Translations under genes and position numbers: made by a program
IMG/VR virus record: IMGVR_UViG_3300028380_000482
Span: 43,564-107,563 of that record
DNA length: 64,000 nucleotides
Strand: one strand, 5' to 3'
Origin: a virus
Lineage: Duplodnaviria > Caudoviricetes
Notes under the pieces: generated by a model
What the model saw: only the letters and a program-made list of their open reading frames with translations
Database searches by the model: none
What the model was told of the DNA's origin: nothing
Part shown: one piece after another, positions 18,238-26,849 of the stretch
How positions within the stretch are numbered: the first letter of the stretch is position 1
How the letters are laid out: every line of letters starts with the position of its first letter

Positions 18238-19198
18238 ACACGCTCGAAACCCCTACGCTGAGCGCCCCATTAAAGGCGGTGTTTTCTGAGATGATTCTTC
18301 GCGACGGGCTGTAGTTCTCTCCACCACCGTTCGCTGCTGCCGCGAGGTAGGCAAACGTGGTCGCGCCGTCTTTCAAATCTACCCGTGTGAGCGTCGCGCT
18401 CGTGTTATAGGACTTGACCGTGCGGAGCATGATCGACTTATTTGCTCCTGGCGCCGCGACAATCGCGACATCCCCCGTGCCAGTGAGAGTTGCCACGGCC
18501 GGCAGCGACGGGGCATTAGAGCGTGAGCCATCGAGCACGGGTAACGGCCAGGGGTTCTTTTTACACTCAATGCGCAGTGTGGTCGTCAATGTTCCGCCGT
18601 TCACATACAGGACCCGGAAGAACTCACCAAACAAGTTGACGCTAAAAGAGGCGGCTTGTCCGGCGGCGACGTTCCGGTAATCGGCAATGTCCCAGTTGGT
18701 ACCGTCCACACTTTGTTCCACCGCCAGTCCATCGGCAGCCGAGGCGTGCGAAGACAGCACCATCACAGTGACACTGGCGTAACTGAGCGTACTCTCGCCC
18801 GTGCCGGTGAAGGTGGCCCCGCCCGCTAAGTTTGTGGTACTGCTATTCGCCGTTGAGATTACTGCTGGTGCCACTATATCTATCCAACTTGGGTTTTGAC
18901 TGCTTCCGTTTGTACTGAGCACCTGCCCAGCACTGCCGGGACCGAGCGGCACCCATGCACTTGCACTGCGGTAGAGAATCGATCCTTGGGTTGCAGAGAG
19001 CGTATCCAAAATGGCAGACGCCGCCGCGTTGATCGTCGCATCCCCTGTACCCGCATCGGCACCCGTAGCACTGATTGTGATGCCAGTTCCTTGAATAACT
19101 TTCGCCAGTACGGCAGAGCCGGACGTGGTGACATCGAGGTCAGACCGTTTGACTTCTCCCGCGCCAATTTGGGGTGAGCGAACCTGTGTAATTGCCAC
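18203..19198 (-). CDS. fibre-like virion protein
   Basis: GTGITISATG, QGSILYR...GQVLSTNG fibre motifs. Confidence 0.75.
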   Translation of the reverse strand: MAITQVRSPQIGAGEVKRSDLDVTTSGSAVLAKVIQGTGITISATGADAGTGDATINAAASAILDTLSATQGSILYRSASAWVPLGPGSAGQVLSTNGSSQNPSWIDIVAPAVISTANSSTTNLAGGATFTGTGESTLSYASVTVMVLSSHASAADGLAVEQSVDGTNWDIADYRNVAAGQAASFSVNLFGEFFRVLYVNGGTLTTTLRIECKKNPWPLPVLDGSRSNAPSLPAVATLTGTGDVAIVAAPGANKSIMLRTVKSYNTSATLTRVDLKDGATTFAYLAAAANGGGENYSPSRRIISENTAFNGALSVGVSSVFMSAEYVVVKS

Positions 19199-19214
19199 AA
19201 TGGAGTGTGCCCCT

Positions 19215-20366
19215 CTACGCGACCGCGTAGCTCACGCGGATTTTATCCCCGGTCTGCAACACAACGAGTGACGTGATTACTGCCGCCGCAATGGTATAGT
19301 CATTCCCTGCCCCTGGTTCCATGAGCAAACCGTTGACGAACACCTCCTCACTCCCGGCAATCGGCGTATTCGCTAGCGTGTAAGAAGTATTTGATCCATT
19401 CACTAATCCTGTGGGCGTTTCCCGCACAATGCGGCGTCCCGAGGTCACTTTCAGCCCGGTCGAACTACTTGTGAGTGAGGTGCCGTCGAGCTTCACCTGC
19501 AACGCGTCAGTGACAATTTCTATACCGCCCGCCGCCGCCACATTCACAGAAAGTGCAGTACCTGCGCCACCGGCGAGACCATTCCCCGCTACGGCGGCGG
19601 CAATCTGCGTAGCCGTGATTCCGGCGTCGGCGACTTTCGCACCGGTCCCACTCGTTGTGAGAGTCGTGCCATCGAGCTTGATTCTGACGCCGGTCGAAGT
19701 TTCTAATCCCCCCGTAGTATTGAGATTCACTGAGACGGCATCGGCAGCCACGGTCAGCGAGGTATCCGCAGTGACTACATCAAACGTCGAGCCCGTGAGG
19801 GTGAGCCCCGCCCCGGCTGAATAGGACGTTCCGCCTGCGAACAGCGTGAAGACGAGGGGAGTTGTACCAAGGGTAATCGGATCATTGGTAGTGAGGATGA
19901 ACTGCTTGTCGCCGTTCGTCGTCCCTTCGTTCACCCACATCATCATCCCGCCTTTGACTTCGGCGGACACATCGGCATCAAGAGCACGGGTCCACGCGCC
20001 CGAGGCCACGAGATAAATGCCGTTATTCTGACCTGTGCTTTGGTCTTTGACTAAACACCGATCATTGACGCTGAGGGCGACGCCATCAACCGTTTGCGTG
20101 CCCGAGAGGGTAATGTTCGCCGTGGTGGCTGCCCGCACCGGATCTTTGACAAGCACACCTTGCCGAGCAGCATCGACCTGGGCGACGGTTGCGGCATCGG
20201 TCCCCGCAACGCCTGCCAGCAGGTTAGTAATCTTAAACCCACCGTGTGACTGATCGGCGGTGAAGGCGTTGACACCGTCCCCTCTGATAATGCCACTATC
20301 CACGCGGGTCTTATCAATCGAGGCAGATTGTATCTGTCTGTTCCCATTTATTTGGCTGAGCGCCAT
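19215..20366 (-). CDS. tail/head fibre protein
   Basis: VRAATTANITLSGTQTVDGV...LVKDQ..NGIY domain; AGxGL shaft repeats; C-terminal ETPTGLVNG...VFVNGL domain. Confidence 0.8.
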   Translation of the reverse strand: MALSQINGNRQIQSASIDKTRVDSGIIRGDGVNAFTADQSHGGFKITNLLAGVAGTDAATVAQVDAARQGVLVKDPVRAATTANITLSGTQTVDGVALSVNDRCLVKDQSTGQNNGIYLVASGAWTRALDADVSAEVKGGMMMWVNEGTTNGDKQFILTTNDPITLGTTPLVFTLFAGGTSYSAGAGLTLTGSTFDVVTADTSLTVAADAVSVNLNTTGGLETSTGVRIKLDGTTLTTSGTGAKVADAGITATQIAAAVAGNGLAGGAGTALSVNVAAAGGIEIVTDALQVKLDGTSLTSSSTGLKVTSGRRIVRETPTGLVNGSNTSYTLANTPIAGSEEVFVNGLLMEPGAGNDYTIAAAVITSLVVLQTGDKIRVSYAVA

Positions 20367-20408
20367 ATTCTATTTTCCTTCTGAAGAAGAACCTGTTACA
20401 CTGATTAG

Positions 20409-20470
20409 GCGGCTAGAGAAGGCCTCTCGAACACTCAGTACCTCGCTGAGTTGCCGCGCACACCACGAGG
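20409..20470 (+). ncRNA. UA/GAA three-way-junction leader motif, copy 1
   Basis: GCGGC-UA-GAGA(loop)UCUC-GAA-C-ACUCAG(UACCUCG)CUGAGU-U-GCCGC; the loop can pair with downstream CGAGG. Confidence 0.6.
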
Positions 20471-20490
20471 GCATCATGAGGAGATGCGCC

Positions 20491-21099
20491 ATGTCTATCT
20501 TTCTTAATTACGCTACCCACCAAGCCGAAAAATTGCGTGTATTGTACCCCTTTCAACTCACGCCGAACGGGTGGAAATGGGTTGCGGTCTGTGAATGTGG
20601 GACAGTAAAAATTGTTCTGGGAGCCCATTTGAAAGTGCTGAAGAGTTGCGGATGTTGGAAACGTCAATATTGGCAGGCCCGCATTACCACGCATGGCCAA
20701 GGAGGAAATGGGAAAGCCAGAAGCAAAGTCTATAAAACGTATTTGCAGGTTAAAGAGCGCTGCGAGAATCCGCGCACCCAGCACTATCCTCTCTACGGAG
20801 CACGCGGCATCCGCTGCGAATTTCAGTCGTTTGAAGAATTTTATGCAACTTTGGGAGATCATCCGGGCACTGGCTATAGTATTGATCGCTACCCGAATAG
20901 AAGTGGCAACTACGCTCCTGGTAATGTCCGTTGGGCGACACTGGCAGAGCAGAACAATAACAAACGTACAAACATCAACATCACCTACGACGGAAGAACG
21001 CAGACCCTTGCGCAGTGGGCGCATGAAAAACAGATGAGCGTCCCTCGTCTCCACTGGCAATACTACCAAGGGTGGTCTTACGAGCGAATGCTGAGTTAG
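20491..21099 (+). CDS. HNH-type homing endonuclease, antisense to the late arm
   Basis: CECG...SCGC, THG, KERCENP...YGARGI, SIDR...GNYAPGNVRWAT..QNNN. Confidence 0.88.
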   Translation: MSIFLNYATHQAEKLRVLYPFQLTPNGWKWVAVCECGTVKIVLGAHLKVLKSCGCWKRQYWQARITTHGQGGNGKARSKVYKTYLQVKERCENPRTQHYPLYGARGIRCEFQSFEEFYATLGDHPGTGYSIDRYPNRSGNYAPGNVRWATLAEQNNNKRTNINITYDGRTQTLAQWAHEKQMSVPRLHWQYYQGWSYERMLS

Positions 21100-21131
21100 C
21101 TGCGTCGCTGGCATGCTAGTTGCCTTCCTGG

Positions 21132-21506
21132 TTATTGATAGACAAATTCAAGAACATCGCCCCCGCCGGGCACGAACCCCGTGACAGTTACTGTGCTTCC
21201 TGCCACTGTGAAATTATCGTTCGTCTGCCGTAGTCCGTTCACATACATAGACACGGTATTCGCAGCCGGAGTCGTACTGAGGACAAAGACCGTCTGATTT
21301 CCACCGAGCGTGAACACATCTTCATGCCACGGAACCGAGGTGCCGCTTCCTGGTGCTCCGGCTGGTCCGACCGGCCCCTGCGGCCCTGGCGGTCCGACAA
21401 TCCCCTGTGAGAGCAGCTCTGTGACGACAATCTCATGGACGACGGTATCGCCGTTGCTGGTCGAAAGAGATTCAGTCGTGACTTGTTGAATAAGAACATC
21501 ACTCAC
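21132..21506 (-). CDS. collagen-like repeat fibre adaptor
   Basis: GPPGPQGPVGPAGAPG; C-terminal YVNGL domain resembles that of 19215..20366. Confidence 0.75.
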   Translation of the reverse strand: MSDVLIQQVTTESLSTSNGDTVVHEIVVTELLSQGIVGPPGPQGPVGPAGAPGSGTSVPWHEDVFTLGGNQTVFVLSTTPAANTVSMYVNGLRQTNDNFTVAGSTVTVTGFVPGGGDVLEFVYQ

Positions 21507-21889
21507 TATGGCCTCGTCACGATCAGGTGAATATCCACCAGTCCTTTGCCGTCCGTCAGCTTGACTACGTCCTGCCCAGTCGGGAAGCTATACTTAATAT
21601 CGAATACGGCATCACACACGGGCGCGAGTTCCGCCGTCTGTTCTTCGGTCAGACTCAGCTCCAACACGCCCGGATCTATCAACACCAACAATCCATCGGT
21701 TGCCGTTGGGCTGGTCGAAAACCGCAGCAGCACCGTCTCAGAGGCTAAGGTCGGGCGCACTTTAATTTCCGCCGTCGTACCAGCCGGAAACGGAACCAGC
21801 ACCCCCTCGCTTTTCCATGTGATCGTCTCCGCGTAGGACGCACCAATCAGGATCGAGAGCCGTAAAGCGGAGACAATCTGTTCGGTCAC
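21506..21889 (-). CDS. BppU-like fibre adaptor
   Basis: GASYAETITW...LSLTEEQTAEL...VFDI pattern. Confidence 0.6.
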   Translation of the reverse strand: MTEQIVSALRLSILIGASYAETITWKSEGVLVPFPAGTTAEIKVRPTLASETVLLRFSTSPTATDGLLVLIDPGVLELSLTEEQTAELAPVCDAVFDIKYSFPTGQDVVKLTDGKGLVDIHLIVTRP

Positions 21890-24321
21890 TCCTCCTCCCT
21901 GCTTCCCTCATCATTTTTCTTTGGGGGTGCGACCGGCGGAGACGTTGCACTCGGCACAAACCCAAACATCGAATCATCGAGCCCCTTCCCACGGCGCAAG
22001 TAACTGAGCCGCGTCGGCCAAGGAATCGTCGATACAATTGGCGTGGCCGCTCTGGCAGCCCCCTTCTCGCTACTAGAGGGTGTGAGCGCCTCATACACTT
22101 GCGGCTCGTTATTGGTTTTGTGAAGTCCCGAGCCTGACACACTGCCGCCAATCCCCACGACAATGTTGTCTGACTCGCCGGTAATTTGCAGAATCCCTGG
22201 CGGCGTATTGCCTGGGACTTCCGCCATCTTCCCCACCCCGAAGAGGCCGATATTCTGCGAGTCGTGAATCAGGAGCGTCGGGCTGCGGCCTTCGCGCTTC
22301 ATGCCGAAGATCCGCACATTCTTAGCGCCCGTGATTTCATTGCCCGCGTGTGGAATCACGCACATCTTGCCGAACTCAGTATTGAGCCCGTAGAAGCTGA
22401 GCGGCTCCGTCGTCCCGTTCACATAGACTTGGCGTGAGTCGTTGTTGCGATCGACCATCTTTTGCGCGACCACCTGGAGTCCGTAGTGCTTGCCACCGCC
22501 GCCGCCGTTAAACCACACGGCGTAGCGTTTCTGATTGACGGGCGCCCCTGAAGCAAAGCAGTTCGCAAGGAAGGGGGCATCCAACGAGAGCCCAAAGGTC
22601 AAGGACTTCCGCCCCGCCCGCCAGCGCAGGTAATACATCCAGTCGTTGGCGATCGGCGCATTACGGAGAAACAACGTAAAGTCAGTGGCCGTAGTCGTAG
22701 CGGTCGGATCGTTGTCAGTGAGGAGCATGGGGACAGGAGACGGCGGTTGCCAGGACTTGTGAGAGGCGATGATCGACTTATGGAGGCCCGGCCCCATCAG
22801 GACGGTGTTCTTCTTGAGCCGAATGAGGTTGCTCGTGTAGATGGTCCCACGCGGGAGCCACACGCGCCCATGTCCGGCTGCTGCTGCGGCAAGAATGGCA
22901 TCTTGCAATGGCTTGGTGCTATCCGGCCCAGTATTGCCGACTTCCGGGTCGGTGCCGAGATAGCCGGTCGTGGGGCCGCCGTGCTCTTTGAGTTGGACAA
23001 AGGGGCCATCTTCGAAACTGGGAAAGTGACCGGGGACGTGTCGCGAAAGCAGATCGCCGACCGGCGGCCCTGCGTTCGCCATGATGTCTTGAGCGACAAT
23101 CGGCGCACTGCGTAACACACCGTCCACCACACTCCGCGATTCGAGCTTGTCGGTATTCTTCACGTAGGTCGGGAAAACCGAGGCTTTATTGCTGGCGTCA
23201 GCTTGGGTTTGGTCGTTATAGGCAAACTCCGCGATCCGGCTCCACGTGCCTTCCCCACAGATGACCGGGCCTCCGCATGCCATTGTCGCCCCACCCTTAT
23301 TGCGAAAGAGCTTGGTCGTACCCGTGACGAAGACATTGTGTATGTACAGATCCCGCCCGTTGGGATTATCAATCGCAATCATGCCCTGGGCAGCGCCCCG
23401 CATCTCAATGGTTCCGTCATAGAGGACCATCCCCGTCTTCGCTTCAATGGCCGGGGCAGGCGTCGCGGCAGTGATCTTGAATCCGACAAGCACAATCGGC
23501 GACGCGTCGGTGCCTTCCGCCGCCGATATTTTTTGGTCAAGCAATTCGACGCCTGCGGCCATCGTCCCGTTGGGCGTGAACGGAATGCTGCTCCCGATGC
23601 GGATACCGTAATCGCCGCCGACACATTTTAGTTTCGCGGCGGGTCCGGTGCGCCCGGGCAGCCCGTAGAAGCACGCGAGACTGCCGGTGGCCTCAATCTG
23701 TACATCCCGCATGGCGGAATCTTGCGCGGCAGAGAACGCCAGCCCGATAGCACCCGCGTTCCCATTGGTGTTGATACGGATGCCCTCCAATATTTCTCCA
23801 AAATTGGATTTCCCGAAGTCGTTGAAGTTAGCCGGAAGGCCGAGTGGGTCGAGTGGTTCCGCATTGGCTTTGGCATTCTGGTTGGCGGCTTGAAATGCAC
23901 GCCACGCCATGACGGGGCGGGGACTACTCTTATTGGTAAACCCAGTCACGGCGGAGGTTTTGAGTTTCAATTCCGGCCAGCCCTGCGGACAATCCGACTC
24001 TCCCCGAAACACATGGTTATGCGGGTCCTGTGGCAGTGGCCCGCCCTTTTTCCAATTCACCCATTCATAGAGCTTGACCGTGTTCGTGACAGCGTAGGTC
24101 CCACATTCAAGATAGGTGGCGAGCTGGTTCTCGTGCGCGTCCTCGATACAGGTATTGAGCCCATTGGTTGAATCCCCGCTAAAGTCCTTATTAACGCCGG
24201 GATATTTGTTGCAGACCAACAGCCCAAGAAGAAAGCGAGAGTCTGTCTTGGCGGAGTCGGGAATGGATGCGTGCGCCTGAACAGAAAAAAGCAGTAAGAA
24301 AAGGCTGATAATTAACGCCAT
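21886..24321 (-). CDS. signal-peptide pectate-lyase-like (GH55-like) tandem beta-helix protein
   Basis: Signal peptide ...VQAHA; two modules GDST.GLN...YLECGTYAVTNT and DSTKPLQDAI...VWLPRGT. Confidence 0.75.
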   Translation of the reverse strand: MALIISLFLLLFSVQAHASIPDSAKTDSRFLLGLLVCNKYPGVNKDFSGDSTNGLNTCIEDAHENQLATYLECGTYAVTNTVKLYEWVNWKKGGPLPQDPHNHVFRGESDCPQGWPELKLKTSAVTGFTNKSSPRPVMAWRAFQAANQNAKANAEPLDPLGLPANFNDFGKSNFGEILEGIRINTNGNAGAIGLAFSAAQDSAMRDVQIEATGSLACFYGLPGRTGPAAKLKCVGGDYGIRIGSSIPFTPNGTMAAGVELLDQKISAAEGTDASPIVLVGFKITAATPAPAIEAKTGMVLYDGTIEMRGAAQGMIAIDNPNGRDLYIHNVFVTGTTKLFRNKGGATMACGGPVICGEGTWSRIAEFAYNDQTQADASNKASVFPTYVKNTDKLESRSVVDGVLRSAPIVAQDIMANAGPPVGDLLSRHVPGHFPSFEDGPFVQLKEHGGPTTGYLGTDPEVGNTGPDSTKPLQDAILAAAAAGHGRVWLPRGTIYTSNLIRLKKNTVLMGPGLHKSIIASHKSWQPPSPVPMLLTDNDPTATTTATDFTLFLRNAPIANDWMYYLRWRAGRKSLTFGLSLDAPFLANCFASGAPVNQKRYAVWFNGGGGGKHYGLQVVAQKMVDRNNDSRQVYVNGTTEPLSFYGLNTEFGKMCVIPHAGNEITGAKNVRIFGMKREGRSPTLLIHDSQNIGLFGVGKMAEVPGNTPPGILQITGESDNIVVGIGGSVSGSGLHKTNNEPQVYEALTPSSSEKGAARAATPIVSTIPWPTRLSYLRRGKGLDDSMFGFVPSATSPPVAPPKKNDEGSREEE

Positions 24322-26849
24322 GTGCCTCCGGTCACCATGCCGCTCACGCGATCACTGCGGGGATCGACGATGCGCGCCCGTGGCATATTCGCGGCATTTG
24401 GGTAAGTGTTGAGGGGATTGCCGCCCGCTTCACGGACATAGAAGTAGATATTCTGCCCTTGTGTGAGGGTATCTTTGAATTTGAGGGCGTAAATACATTC
24501 GGCCTCACTCCCCGCCCCCGCACTCCCGGACATAGTGACGAACGGAATACTGTTGAAACTTTGAATCACCCCGCAGTCGATATTGGCGGTCTCATCACTG
24601 GCTAATAACTCCACACCGGGGATGAGAGAGCCGATGCCCAGCGCGGGCGTATAACAGACGGGGGCAGTACAGTCGTCTGTGACGGGGACGGCAGCAGTTT
24701 GCACGGTGGGGTCGGCAGGATCGACTTGATAGTAGAGCGGGAAGGGAACCGTCACATGACTGTTGACGGTATTGCGAATCTTGACAATGAGCCGGGCCTG
24801 CCCACCCGCGCTCGGCACCAGTTGCGCGTTCAAGGTGTTATAGAGCGGCGCGGTTGCGGCCCCGCCGACATTGGACTGCCACTGATACCTCGTCGTGGCA
24901 AGGATCGGCGTCCCACCATTTCCGCCCCCGAGGTTATTGGTGGCAGTGATTGCAGGAGAGATGGAAAGCGCGGGAATCTTCGGTCCCCCGTTAATGGTTG
25001 GTGTCCCTGCCGTGACAAACCCCGTTGCCGCATTGTAGGCCACAGTCACGACTTGGGAACTTGTCGTAATCGTGTTGGTCGCAAAGGTAAAGTGAAAACA
25101 CCGCAGCCCGGTAATAGTCGCAGGGCCGGTCGGAGTTTTCTGTACGCCAGCAACAACAAACGTCCAGCCTGTGAGGCTGGTTCCTTCCATTGGGATTGTG
25201 CCTTGATCATCTGCGTTCCAACAGACATCAACCTGATCGGCAGCGAATACTTTGGCTTGCAGCACGGTCGGGGCACGATGGACGTAGAACACATAGCCGT
25301 CATCGTTCACGGCATTCGCTCCAATCGTGACGACATTGCCACTTTGGCTGACGTAACCAGTGACACAGGTCGCCGTCGGGGTGCCATTATCTTGCACTTC
25401 CAAGAAATAGAAGGTCGTGCATTTGGCATCGACAATCTTCTCCGTACTGAGCAGGTTGAAGGTGAGGCCGGTGCCGCTATGCTTGGTAAAGAAGAGTTTG
25501 TGATTCTGTTCGTAGTCTTTGTGCCGACTCCACGCCATCTGCTGTGAGATAAAACTATTGGTGCTGGTATAGATATCCGTGCCTTCGGTCCACGTTCGCC
25601 CAGTGGCACCCCGTAAATTATCCCACGAGGGAATGGCCCGCAGCAAATAGATAGAGGTCAAGGCAAAGGTCGGATTGAGAGGCCCAATGAACCAGCCCCC
25701 CCACGCACTGATGCCCGTCGCGCCCCCAGAGGCCGCCGCCCGCCCTTCGATCAGTGCAGCTCCAGGGTAGCTCCGCTGGTGAAAGGTCGGTGCCGGTGAG
25801 GTGTTGGTGGGCGAGAGCCCAGTTTGCACCGCAGCGACGGGAACAGGGGCGTAGGTGGTCGTGTCCTGTGTTCCGCAGCCGTTCGGCCACGGGTCGTCGA
25901 GGTAGCCAAGGCAGTCGCAGCCGTCACAAGCCCCGTTGCCACCTTTTCCACCACTGGACTCATTAAAGAGTAATTGAAAATTGAGGTCGGGGTCTCCGTA
26001 GACAGGGAAATTGTCCATCGTATACGGATTGCCACTCATTCCCCCAAACGTGAGCCCGCCCGCGACAACGGCAGCGGCCATTTGGGTCCGCAAGTCCTTG
26101 GTGAATTTTTTCCGCCCGACTTCAAAACTGGCATTCGGGCTGGTCGCATTGGGGCAGTTCACTACAATCGGTTGCCCAGTAATAAACCGCGTTTCGTCAA
26201 GATATAATCCTGAATAGATTTTTTTGCCGCCGAGGTTGTCTTCGTGTAATTTTTTCACTCGCAGTTCTTGGTTAATATTCATTTGTATCCCGGCATCGTT
26301 GCGAAAATTGGGAACAAAAATGACTGCGTTCTTATTTTCCGCATGATAGAGCTGATATTTGAACGTGCCGGGATGGGCTTCGTCGTAGAGGTCGTTATAG
26401 GCCGAGGTCATCCCCCAAGCGGTCATACAGAGGGCCGTCTGCATGTCATCTAACACCTGCGAGGCCAGCGGAGAATTGAGCGGGAGGAAGCCCGCGCCGA
26501 TAGCAATCTTCGTGGGCGAGGAAAATCCACTACTATCACACGAGACCCCTGATCCCGGTTCGATACACGGATTATTGAGCCGCACCCATTTGGCGGCGCG
26601 GGCGTTGTTGGAGTTATATTGGACTTTGAGTCCTGCATCGACCGCCGCCGAGGCTTTGGCGGTGGCGTAGGGTTCACCGATGATCCACTCATAGCCAAAT
26701 TGTTTAGCAATGTTGGTAAACTTCGCCCAATCACTATTGATCTTGCCATCATCGAGGACCGCAAACTGATTACGGAAGTCACCGGGAACAGCCGCAGCTC
26801 GGCTAGACAGGCTTAAAACCACAAAAAGTGAGAAGAGAAAGGCGTACAT
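24312..26849 (-). CDS. signal-peptide multidomain protein (possible glycoside-hydrolase-like barrel plus beta-sandwiches)
   Basis: Signal peptide ...SRAAA; YSGLYLDE; many paired Cys. Confidence 0.65.
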   Translation of the reverse strand: MYAFLFSLFVVLSLSSRAAAVPGDFRNQFAVLDDGKINSDWAKFTNIAKQFGYEWIIGEPYATAKASAAVDAGLKVQYNSNNARAAKWVRLNNPCIEPGSGVSCDSSGFSSPTKIAIGAGFLPLNSPLASQVLDDMQTALCMTAWGMTSAYNDLYDEAHPGTFKYQLYHAENKNAVIFVPNFRNDAGIQMNINQELRVKKLHEDNLGGKKIYSGLYLDETRFITGQPIVVNCPNATSPNASFEVGRKKFTKDLRTQMAAAVVAGGLTFGGMSGNPYTMDNFPVYGDPDLNFQLLFNESSGGKGGNGACDGCDCLGYLDDPWPNGCGTQDTTTYAPVPVAAVQTGLSPTNTSPAPTFHQRSYPGAALIEGRAAASGGATGISAWGGWFIGPLNPTFALTSIYLLRAIPSWDNLRGATGRTWTEGTDIYTSTNSFISQQMAWSRHKDYEQNHKLFFTKHSGTGLTFNLLSTEKIVDAKCTTFYFLEVQDNGTPTATCVTGYVSQSGNVVTIGANAVNDDGYVFYVHRAPTVLQAKVFAADQVDVCWNADDQGTIPMEGTSLTGWTFVVAGVQKTPTGPATITGLRCFHFTFATNTITTSSQVVTVAYNAATGFVTAGTPTINGGPKIPALSISPAITATNNLGGGNGGTPILATTRYQWQSNVGGAATAPLYNTLNAQLVPSAGGQARLIVKIRNTVNSHVTVPFPLYYQVDPADPTVQTAAVPVTDDCTAPVCYTPALGIGSLIPGVELLASDETANIDCGVIQSFNSIPFVTMSGSAGAGSEAECIYALKFKDTLTQGQNIYFYVREAGGNPLNTYPNAANMPRARIVDPRSDRVSGMVTGGTWR

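Noticed and set aside
17325-21114. Group I introns housing the two endonucleases
   Set aside because: The endonucleases are antisense to the late mRNA, the host genes are complete without splicing, there is little room for a ribozyme core, and I saw no P7-like elements.
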